Assembly (NCBI GenBank): GCA_964394295.1
Contig: CAYMVG010000004.1
Location: 27,433 to 91,432, forward strand
Reading direction: 5' to 3'
DNA length: 64,000 bases
DNA from: an uncultured Muribaculaceae bacterium
GTDB lineage: Bacteria; Bacteroidota; Bacteroidia; Bacteroidales; UBA932
Under the pieces are notes generated by a model that did not search any database, was not told where the DNA came from, and saw only the letters and a list, made by a program, of their open reading frames with translations. How positions within the stretch are numbered: position 1 is the first letter of the stretch; the number at the start of each line of letters is the position of its first letter. Shown in pieces: positions 55,811 through 64,000 of this stretch. A program made the translations under genes and the position numbers.

Positions 55811-58599
55811 CAGAATTTAATGTTGAATCCAAGATTGTATGTCCTTACTGCCGGATAGCCGTACAGGACCTCAGGGTCGCACAGACCGTCCATGCAGTCA
55901 ACCGAGAACAGGTTTGTGCCGCACAGATATATGCGGAGTCCGTCGATATTGGCCTTCTTCATCTTCGGGGATGAAACGGTATATCCGAAAGACAGACTTC
56001 TCAGTTTCAGGAAGTCGCCCTTTTTCTGCCAGAACGAGGAATACTGGAAATTATTCTTGTTTCCGTTTGTGGCAAGGCGAGGATAAGTTGCCGTATCCGC
56101 TGTCTGCGGAGTCCATCTGCCAAGTGCCATTTGCGTAACCTTGCCATTATTCTGGAAAGCATGATATGCCTTTCCCTCGAGATAGACTGTCCTGTTGAGC
56201 GCACCCTGGAAAAGTGCCTCAAAATCGAAGCCTTTGTATTCAAAGCCGATATTCAGGGCAAGAGTGACCTCCGGACACGAAGTATATCCGACCGGAACGA
56301 AATCATCCTCATCGATTTTATTGTCTCCGTTCCGGTCCTTGTACTTTATGTCTCCGGGGAACACTTCCCCGAAAATCTGTACAGGCGAAGAGTCTATGTC
56401 ATCGTAATCCCGGAAAAATCCTATGGCTTCAAGCGCGAACGGCTGGCCGACGATATGCCCAGTGCTGTAGCGGTAGTCATATACCTGTGGAGCTTCGGAG
56501 TTGAATACCACATTGTTGTGGGCATACCATGCACTGGCTTCAACCTTATACCTGAACTCCCCCGATGACTCATGCCAGCCGAGCACAGCCTCGAATCCGG
56601 TATTGTCCACGATTCCGAGATTCATGTTCGGTTTCGAGAATCCGAGCCAGTCAGGCATTGATGACCAGGGCTTTGTAAGTATGTCTGTGCGGTGATTGCG
56701 GAACCAGTCGAAGCCAAGATACAGATTGCCTGCTATTCTTGCCTCAATGCCCACATTGAGTTTCCTGTCTTTCTCCCATGTAACATAAGGATTGGCTTTC
56801 TCCCCCTCGAAATATGTGTCGGATGCGGAATTCGAGCTTCCGAACCAGTAGTTGCCTCCCCAGTAATAATACTGGTTCTGCATATATCTGCTGCCTCCGA
56901 TGTCAGCATTTCCTACAAGACCGTAAGATACCCTCAGCTTAAGATGATTGACGACATCGCTGTCCTTAAGGAACCCTTCTTCGGAAATGACCCAGGCAAC
57001 GGCTCCTGCGGGAAAGAAGCCGTAGCGCGAACCTTTCGGAAAATTGTCATTCCCGCGATAACCGAAAGTGAACCCGGCTATATATCTTTTGTCGTAGGAA
57101 TATGAAAACAGGCCTCCGAAACCGAGATTTTTGAAAGGGAGCGTTGTTCCCGTGACTGTATATTCATCATAGTCATATTTGAGCATGGCCCTGACATAAT
57201 GCCTGCCTCCGAATACGCGGTCATAGTTCAAGGCAGCGTCAGCAACGATGTTTCTCCACTGCCATGACGAGGATTCATTCCCGTTCAGAGCAGTGTCTTC
57301 TCCGTACTGTACGAATGAAATTTCTCCGGAGGAATCTTTTACCGGAGTATATCTTGCATAATCCCGTGTCTTGCTCGAATATGATTTATAGAAGTTGTTG
57401 AAACTTACCGCACCTGTCACACTCAGGCCCTTAGTTATGAAATCGAGTTTTTCCGCAAGGCGTATAGAAGCCTGCGCCGTGCGTCCGTTGTAGGAAATAT
57501 ATCCCCTTTCGGCAAGTTCTGCCACAGGATTGGAGTATGCGGCATTTCCGCCGACTTTTGTCGCAGAAACCAGCACAGGAAAGGCATTCGGCGGAACAGT
57601 GGCGGCCCAGTCCATCAGATTCCATGTGCTTTCTGTCACGCCGGGCGTCACCTTGTCCTCTATGCTTCCCCCGAGAATGACGGATGCCGACAGTCTTTTT
57701 GTAAGGAGAATGTCCACGTTTGTCCTGAAATTGTATCTGGAGAAGCTCTGCTTTTTTGCAAAGTCGTTTACTCCGGAAGGATCTTTGAGAAGCCCGATAT
57801 TGTTGACACCGTTGAAATGCACGAAATATTTCACTGCATTTCCTCCTCCAGAAGCTGTAAGATTATAGATATATACCGGGCTCATGCGTCTCATTATTTC
57901 ATTCTGCCAGTCGATGTCCGGATGAAACATCGGCGAATCGCCTGCCGAGTACGCCTGCAGGTCGGCTTCCGTATAAAGAGGTCTTTTTCCTTCATTTGCA
58001 AGAGCTTCGTTATACAGTGAGGCATAGTCGTATGAGCCGAGCCACTGCGGAAGACGCAAAGGCTGCTGGAATCCCGCCCTGACACCAAAATCTATTTTCA
58101 GAGGGGCATTCTTTCCGTGCCTTGTCTTCACGACCAGAACGCCATTTGCGGCACGGTTTCCGTACAGGGCTGTGGCTGAGGCATCTTTCAGAAGTTCTAT
58201 CGACTCAATCTCTCCGGGAGTAAGCCTTTCAAAGAAGTCCTGTGTCGAGGCAAACCCGTCAATCACGAAAAACATTCCTGACCCGGAACCGAAAGTACCT
58301 GTACCGCGCCCGTTCAGTACAGGACTGTCCGAACCCGGTTCGGCACCGCTGCCCTGGACTGTCAATCCCGGAATGCGTCCGAAAAGAGTATTGGCTACAT
58401 TGGATATATATGAATCCCCGAGTACGGAACCGCTTACCCTGGAGACTGCTCCTGCCGTCTGCCATCCAGGAAGTTCAAGGGACGGTACATTCGCCCGCTG
58501 CACCGTGGTATCCTGAGGTTGCTGTGCACCGATTATTCCGCAAGGACAGAGCATTGCTGCAAGAATGCCCGAAAATATAGCAGTTTTATTTATTCTCAT
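55810..58599 (-). CDS. SusC/RagA TonB-dependent transporter (short N-terminus)
   Basis: IESI.LLKDASATALYG..AANGV..V.T, LKLR.SYG..G, WEK, PGDIKYKD.NGD and C-terminal Phe. Confidence 0.95.
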   Translation of the reverse strand: MRINKTAIFSGILAAMLCPCGIIGAQQPQDTTVQRANVPSLELPGWQTAGAVSRVSGSVLGDSYISNVANTLFGRIPGLTVQGSGAEPGSDSPVLNGRGTGTFGSGSGMFFVIDGFASTQDFFERLTPGEIESIELLKDASATALYGNRAANGVLVVKTRHGKNAPLKIDFGVRAGFQQPLRLPQWLGSYDYASLYNEALANEGKRPLYTEADLQAYSAGDSPMFHPDIDWQNEIMRRMSPVYIYNLTASGGGNAVKYFVHFNGVNNIGLLKDPSGVNDFAKKQSFSRYNFRTNVDILLTKRLSASVILGGSIEDKVTPGVTESTWNLMDWAATVPPNAFPVLVSATKVGGNAAYSNPVAELAERGYISYNGRTAQASIRLAEKLDFITKGLSVTGAVSFNNFYKSYSSKTRDYARYTPVKDSSGEISFVQYGEDTALNGNESSSWQWRNIVADAALNYDRVFGGRHYVRAMLKYDYDEYTVTGTTLPFKNLGFGGLFSYSYDKRYIAGFTFGYRGNDNFPKGSRYGFFPAGAVAWVISEEGFLKDSDVVNHLKLRVSYGLVGNADIGGSRYMQNQYYYWGGNYWFGSSNSASDTYFEGEKANPYVTWEKDRKLNVGIEARIAGNLYLGFDWFRNHRTDILTKPWSSMPDWLGFSKPNMNLGIVDNTGFEAVLGWHESSGEFRYKVEASAWYAHNNVVFNSEAPQVYDYRYSTGHIVGQPFALEAIGFFRDYDDIDSSPVQIFGEVFPGDIKYKDRNGDNKIDEDDFVPVGYTSCPEVTLALNIGFEYKGFDFEALFQGALNRTVYLEGKAYHAFQNNGKVTQMALGRWTPQTADTATYPRLATNGNKNNFQYSSFWQKKGDFLKLRSLSFGYTVSSPKMKKANIDGLRIYLCGTNLFSVDCMDGLCDPEVLYGYPAVRTYNLGFNIKF

Positions 58600-58610
58600 G
58601 ATATACGATT

Positions 58611-60362
58611 TTAATATCCAGGATTCTGGATGATATATCCCTTATTCACTTCTCCGGTACTGAACGGATGCAGATAGCCTTTCCTGTTCCAGCTGCGGGT
58701 CTCGAAAACATACGGTTCATAATGATATTCCCTGCTGTTGCCGTCTGCCTTCGTTATCCTTATTCCCCACATATTGCCCTGCATCACGCCTTCTTCTTCT
58801 GCAATCATCCATCTCCTGATGTCCCAAAACCTGTGGTTGTCGAATGCAAGCTCGACATCCCTCTCGTGGCGCACCTTCACCCTGAACTCATCTTTTCCTG
58901 AAGCGGTGACTCCGGGCATCCCGGAGCGTGCCCTTATCTTGTCTACCGCCTGGCGTGCGGTAAGTCCGTAGCCGTGGCTGTCATCCGGTCCGTAAGCCTC
59001 ATTCATGGCCTCAGCATAGTTCAGATATATTTCATTCAGCTGGAAAAGAGTGGAGTTCGGTACATATTGCCATATCGTATTGCTTATGGCAGAAGGGTAA
59101 TGCTTGTGAAGCCAGAATCCGCCGTAGCATGTATTGGCCTGCTTGCCTCCCTCGAAAAGCTCAAGGGAAGGAAATTCGCTGTTCCAGCGTCCGAGATTGC
59201 CGACGATGCATGCTTCAAAACGCGGGTCCAGAGCCGCCATTTTTGCCTGCAGGTCATCTCCTCCCTCCCATACAGGCAGTGAACCGTCGGCCTTGTTTTC
59301 ATATTTGCGTACATGATTGAGAGTCACGGTTATCCCGCTCTGTCCGGCATTTCCGGGATATACATTAGGCGGAGCTATGGACGACCACGGCCAGGTCCAT
59401 TTTCCCATAAGGTTATGCGCCTTTTCCGCAAGGATAATCTCAGGGTTGTCGTACTCCTCCCACGAATACCGGTAATTCCCGGCTGTTCCCTGATCCTCTA
59501 TAAGGTGACAGCCGTTCTTTTCTGCCCAGTCCAGGCACTCCTTTGCCGCAAGGGCGGCAGCTTCCCACCTTGCAGGGTCTTCGTCACCGAGGCAAATTAG
59601 GTCATTGTGCACGCCGAAATCCATATAAGGTACACCGGTGTTGAACAAAGGACTCGCAGCGTACAGCAATGCCTTTGACCTGATTGCAAGAGCTGCACCC
59701 TTGTCGATCCTTCCGCGGAGAGCTCCCCTTTGTGCATCAGGAAGATACTGCAATGATTCTTCACAGTCCCTGATTATGAAATCAACGACATCGGCAACAC
59801 TGCTGCGCGGTATCCTGAGGTCTTCGCTTACATCGATGAAATGGTCTATCACAGGAACTCCTCCATAGAACTTAAGCATTTCAAAATAGTTCAGCGCCCT
59901 TATGACACGGCTTTCTGCAATGAGCTGCCTGGCGTATGCAGATGATATTCCGGGAACATCCTCCACTCTTTTTATCATGAGGGCTATTTTCCTGATGGCC
60001 TCCCACCTCATTGTCCACCGTCTGTCGTCCGTCTTGTCGGCACTTACAGAGGCCGAATTCCAGTTGTTGGCCTCATACCACGGGGCACATTGCTCAGACT
60101 CGTCACAGCGTCCGGTCCATGGCCCGCTGTGCGGATTCGTTGTATCGTCTCCTCCGTTGTTCGGAGCGCCGTAGCCTAAATTTGAATGTATTCCCCTCTG
60201 ATATATGCCGGCAAGGAACGTCTCGACTTCGGTGACAGACGAGAATATGTCATCCTCAGTCACATCGACACCGGGAGCCTTGTCGAGATAATCGCACGAG
60301 ACAGTCGACAGCAGGAGCGATACACAAACAGATAATCTTATTATATGTTTCATAGAAGCCAT
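58611..60362 (-). CDS. SusD/RagB family lipoprotein
   Basis: Lipobox VSC, YGGVP, LLYAASPL.N, LNYAEA.NE, ER.VELAF...RFWD.RRW and QNPGY. Confidence 0.95.
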   Translation of the reverse strand: MASMKHIIRLSVCVSLLLSTVSCDYLDKAPGVDVTEDDIFSSVTEVETFLAGIYQRGIHSNLGYGAPNNGGDDTTNPHSGPWTGRCDESEQCAPWYEANNWNSASVSADKTDDRRWTMRWEAIRKIALMIKRVEDVPGISSAYARQLIAESRVIRALNYFEMLKFYGGVPVIDHFIDVSEDLRIPRSSVADVVDFIIRDCEESLQYLPDAQRGALRGRIDKGAALAIRSKALLYAASPLFNTGVPYMDFGVHNDLICLGDEDPARWEAAALAAKECLDWAEKNGCHLIEDQGTAGNYRYSWEEYDNPEIILAEKAHNLMGKWTWPWSSIAPPNVYPGNAGQSGITVTLNHVRKYENKADGSLPVWEGGDDLQAKMAALDPRFEACIVGNLGRWNSEFPSLELFEGGKQANTCYGGFWLHKHYPSAISNTIWQYVPNSTLFQLNEIYLNYAEAMNEAYGPDDSHGYGLTARQAVDKIRARSGMPGVTASGKDEFRVKVRHERDVELAFDNHRFWDIRRWMIAEEEGVMQGNMWGIRITKADGNSREYHYEPYVFETRSWNRKGYLHPFSTGEVNKGYIIQNPGY

Positions 60363-60366
60363 TTGA

Positions 60367-63300
60367 TTAGAAATTGATGTTTACACCCATATTGAATACT
60401 CTCGTAAGAGGATACGGTTCAGAATTGGCGGAACCGGTCGGATATTCAGGGTCTTCACCCGGGAAGAGGCGGCAGAACGTAAGCAGGTTATTTCCGTTGA
60501 GATAAACCCTGACATTGGATATTCCTGCCCTTGAAAGCCATGAGGCCGTTATCGAGTATCCTATTTCGACAGACTTCAGTCTGACGTATGAGGCGTCCTC
60601 GAGCCAATATGTGCTCACGACATAATTGTGCTCGTCGTTCGTGACAGAATATCTCGGATATACAATCTCCTTCCCTTGTTCGTATCTTTCCTGCGACCAG
60701 CTTTTAAGAAGGTCGGCTGAAGCTCCCGTACCTGTATAGAAGCCTCTCATCGTCCTCCTGGAAGGCATATTGGAAACATGTGCCGCACCCTGGAAAAGAA
60801 CAGAGAAGTCAAGGCCTTTCCAGCTTCCTCCGAAAGATATTCCATACATGATTTCAGGAAAATTGGAATAGCCTATCGGAACAATGTCCTTATCATCTAT
60901 CTTTCCGTCTCCGTTGATGTCCTTATAGCGTATGTCTCCCGGCTGTATCCTGTTGTTGTTCCATTGGTACACAGGCCGGTTCGCGTCATTAACCTCATCC
61001 CACGTATTGTACAGGCCGTCGGCTACATACCCGAAAAACTGGCCGAATCTCTGTCCTGTCCGGTACTGGTATGCATACGGCCAGCTGACCTCATCCTGCT
61101 CAAGAATCACATTGTGGGCGTATGTGAAATTGCCCTTTGCAAAGAAACGGAATTCTCCCCAGCGGTCATTGAATGCAAGTTCGCCCTCATATCCGGAGTT
61201 CTTCATCTTTCCGAGGTTATATGCCGGCATATTGGCTCCGATAATGTCAGGGACCGTACCGCGGTTCGTCAGTATATTGTTCCTATTTTCAAGAAACCAT
61301 TCGAATGTAAGAGAAATCTTGTCTTTCCACAGATGCGCATCGACTCCGACATTCAGTTTCTTGGCTTTCTCCCACGTAAGGAGAGGGTTTCCGATTTTTC
61401 CTTCATTCGCCCCTTTGTAGGACTGATAATTGTCACCTACTTCTCCGAAATAATACACGCCGTCGGTATAAGTATATGCAGTAGGCATATACAGGAAGCG
61501 GTCCCCTCCAACCTTGTCATTTCCGACAACTCCGTAGGAGCCTCTCAGCTTCAGAAATGTAAGTATATCATTCTTCGGAAAGAAATTCTCGTCAGTAGGC
61601 ACCCAGCCGACAGAAAATGACGGAAACAGGCCGAAACGCCTTCCCTCTGCAAAATTTTCCGTACCGTTGTATCCGAGATTGAACTCGGCCATGTATTTGC
61701 TCTTGTAGTCGTATGTAAGCCTTCCTACTATACCCTGATATCCGTTAGGTATCAGATACGCCAGACTCGGGCTGTGGTACTTGCTCTGATTGTACAGCAC
61801 AAGGGCACCGGCCGAATGTCCGTTGAACGTATTTCCCCATTCGATTCCGGCCTCCATATATATTCTTCTGTTCTTGTCAGTGTAAGACCCGCTTCTCGCC
61901 TGCTCCGGCTCCCCGTTCGGAACGAATATCACATTGCCGTCCCCGCCGGGCCTTGCATCGTATGTTATCTTCGATTTCTCGAAAGTCTTCACTTCCATAT
62001 TGTAGCTCTTGTAAGATATGGCACCGCGAAGTTTCAGTCCTTTGAGCAGATAGTCCATATTATAGTTGAGCCGCACTGCACCGTTCAGCGTATTACCGTA
62101 ATCATTGTGCCAGCCCTTGTTGTATGCGGCAAGAGGAGACCAGGAAGAATTAGTGACCTGGTCGAGCGTAATGATGTTTCCGTCCACAACTCCCGGAGTG
62201 GCATTGGCCGGAACGGACGAAAGCATCTCAAAAAGAAGATCCGTATTCCAGTTAGGGCCGCGCTTATTGTCAATCTGGGTAGATATGTCGATGCTCGCCG
62301 TCAGATTTCTTGTTATGTCTATATCGAAATTTGAACGGAAATTATATCTGCGGTATTTTATCTGATAGTCATAGTCCTGTCTTACAACATCAGTGTTGAG
62401 CATACCGTTCTGTGTGAAATATCCCAACGAAAAGAAATATTTCACTTTTTTTCCTCCGCCTCTGATGTTGATGTTGCTCTGTGTCTGCATACTGTAGTCC
62501 CTGAGCATATATTCATACCAGTCCGTATCCGGATACAATACAGGGCTGTCGCCCGTACGGTAATGTTCAAGCTGCTCCTCTGTGTATTTCGGAGCGTAGC
62601 TGCCCGTAATGTACGAATCGTATGCAAGAGCCTGATTATAGCCTGAAGCCCAGTCACAGGCGTTCATATTGTCTCTAAGGAACGGGAATGTCGTGAAAGC
62701 CATACTTGTGGACAGGCTGACCTTGGGTTTGCTGACTTCTCCTCTCTTGGTCTGGATGAGAAGTACTCCGTTTGCACCGCGGACTCCATAAACGGCTGTT
62801 GCAGAAGCATCTTTCAGGATTGTTATAGACTCGATTTCATTCGGGTCTATGTTATTGTAATTCGTTGACTCGATTCCATCCACCATAATCAGAGGATCCT
62901 GGTCGCCCGCGAATGTACCTACTCCACGGATCCGAAGCGTAGAGGCGTCATTTCCCGGTTCACCGCTCCTTTGTACGGACAAGAGTCCCGGCATACGTCC
63001 TGTCAGGGCGTTGCTGATGTTTGCCTGTGGAGACTGCAGCAGGTCCTTTGTGTTCACCGCTGAGACAGAACCGGTCACAGTGGCCTTGCGCTGTGTGCTG
63101 TAAGCGACGACCACTACATCATCCAATGTATTGGTCTCATCTTCGAGAATCACATTCTGCACGGACTTTAGGCCGGCTGTAAAAGAAAAAGTCCTGTATC
63201 CTATAAAGGACACCTGAATTTCAATCCCTGTTTTCGGGACAGTGATGGAATAACGGCCCTTTGCATCCGTCATGGCAGCAATGTTGTACTCCGGCGAATA

Positions 63301-63483
63301 GACAATGGCACCTGCCATAGGTTGGGAAGCCATATCACAGACAATTCCTGTAATTGTGATTTCTTTGTCCTGGCCGACATAAGCACTGCCATGTGCGGCA
63401 TGGACGGGAAATGCAGCAAAGGAAGCCGTCACCAAAAGCAACAGAAGAGTTAACGCTTTGAAATTAGAAGTGCATATCCGCAT
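60367..63483 (-). CDS. SusC/RagA TonB-dependent transporter
   Basis: N-terminal extension domain, LDDVVVVAY, ESITILKDASATAVYGVRGANGV, LTWEK and PGDIRYKDINGDG. Confidence 0.96.
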   Translation of the reverse strand: MRICTSNFKALTLLLLLVTASFAAFPVHAAHGSAYVGQDKEITITGIVCDMASQPMAGAIVYSPEYNIAAMTDAKGRYSITVPKTGIEIQVSFIGYRTFSFTAGLKSVQNVILEDETNTLDDVVVVAYSTQRKATVTGSVSAVNTKDLLQSPQANISNALTGRMPGLLSVQRSGEPGNDASTLRIRGVGTFAGDQDPLIMVDGIESTNYNNIDPNEIESITILKDASATAVYGVRGANGVLLIQTKRGEVSKPKVSLSTSMAFTTFPFLRDNMNACDWASGYNQALAYDSYITGSYAPKYTEEQLEHYRTGDSPVLYPDTDWYEYMLRDYSMQTQSNINIRGGGKKVKYFFSLGYFTQNGMLNTDVVRQDYDYQIKYRRYNFRSNFDIDITRNLTASIDISTQIDNKRGPNWNTDLLFEMLSSVPANATPGVVDGNIITLDQVTNSSWSPLAAYNKGWHNDYGNTLNGAVRLNYNMDYLLKGLKLRGAISYKSYNMEVKTFEKSKITYDARPGGDGNVIFVPNGEPEQARSGSYTDKNRRIYMEAGIEWGNTFNGHSAGALVLYNQSKYHSPSLAYLIPNGYQGIVGRLTYDYKSKYMAEFNLGYNGTENFAEGRRFGLFPSFSVGWVPTDENFFPKNDILTFLKLRGSYGVVGNDKVGGDRFLYMPTAYTYTDGVYYFGEVGDNYQSYKGANEGKIGNPLLTWEKAKKLNVGVDAHLWKDKISLTFEWFLENRNNILTNRGTVPDIIGANMPAYNLGKMKNSGYEGELAFNDRWGEFRFFAKGNFTYAHNVILEQDEVSWPYAYQYRTGQRFGQFFGYVADGLYNTWDEVNDANRPVYQWNNNRIQPGDIRYKDINGDGKIDDKDIVPIGYSNFPEIMYGISFGGSWKGLDFSVLFQGAAHVSNMPSRRTMRGFYTGTGASADLLKSWSQERYEQGKEIVYPRYSVTNDEHNYVVSTYWLEDASYVRLKSVEIGYSITASWLSRAGISNVRVYLNGNNLLTFCRLFPGEDPEYPTGSANSEPYPLTRVFNMGVNINF

Positions 63484-63684
63484 ATCATTAATCTGTTATT
63501 AGCAAGACGGTGGCAACCCGTCAATGTGTTACGATACGAAATTATCATACGACCATTATTTTTTGCTTAATTACTGATTAATGATGTTATTTTTATCGAT
63601 TTAATTTTGGATTTACAAGAAATAGTATGGTTGGCAATGCCACGTTTTTCTATTATTTCTCCTTATCAATCAATTTTTTACATA

Positions 63685-64000
63685 TTATGCAGCAAACAAA
63701 ATAACTGCAATGGCCACAGGGGCGAGGTATCTTATCGCAAAATACAGAGGACGGAAAAGACGTCTGTTCAAAGGCAGAGTGCCTCCGTTGGTAAACTCGT
63801 CCTCAACATCGGCCTTTTTCATCTTCCAGCCCACGAACAGAACAATCAGCAGGGCACCGGCAGTCATTAGAATATTTGCGGAAAAAGCATCGAGGAAATT
63901 GAAAATCGTGTCTCCGAAAATTTTGAAATCCGACAGCGGACCGAATGACAGAGAGCAGAAGATTCCGACAAGCCATGTAGCGGCATAAACTATTGCGGCG
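63685..64000 (-). CDS. Sodium-dependent transporter (SNF/NSS family), C-terminal part
   Basis: FCSLS.G......IFG.T.F..LD....N.LM..GAL...LFVGW and IRYLAPV. Frame runs off the window edge. Confidence 0.8.
   Translation of the reverse strand, partial: AAIVYAATWLVGIFCSLSFGPLSDFKIFGDTIFNFLDAFSANILMTAGALLIVLFVGWKMKKADVEDEFTNGGTLPLNRRLFRPLYFAIRYLAPVAIAVILFAA

Overview
A gene-dense chromosomal segment of a Bacteroidales bacterium. This rests on SusC/SusD pairs, TAnnTTTG promoter boxes and a Bacteroidetes-type EF-G2; a gut/rumen Cryptobacteroides-like lineage is only an inference from protein style. The left half (1-32 kb) is mostly housekeeping and envelope genes: an OmpA/TPR protein, rmuC, ybaK, fusA2, an XRE regulator, rnhB, a DPP7-type S46 peptidase, mrp, a TonB receptor + DUF4249 pair, an AAA_14/DUF4143 ATPase, an RND efflux operon, GH97, mutS and GT4 + YfhO. 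The right half (32-63.5 kb, all minus strand) is one co-oriented carbohydrate super-locus. It starts with a PUL: tandem SusC/SusD pairs, a DUF1735-like lipoprotein, an unclassified clan GH-A lipoprotein, GH92, a GH92-GH16 fusion, two pilin-like lipoproteins with duplicated receptor-L-domain modules, DUF1573 and a Kelch/SARP membrane regulator. Directly after it comes a BT2159-BT2156-like 3-keto-glycoside (oxidation-elimination) operon with tatA embedded and tatC appended. Notable non-coding structure: a perfect 22-bp inverted repeat before the AAA ATPase and a tandem covarying hairpin element at 22.6 kb. I saw no rRNA, tRNA, CRISPR array, transposase or integrase. All family assignments are from motif recognition by eye, with no database searches.
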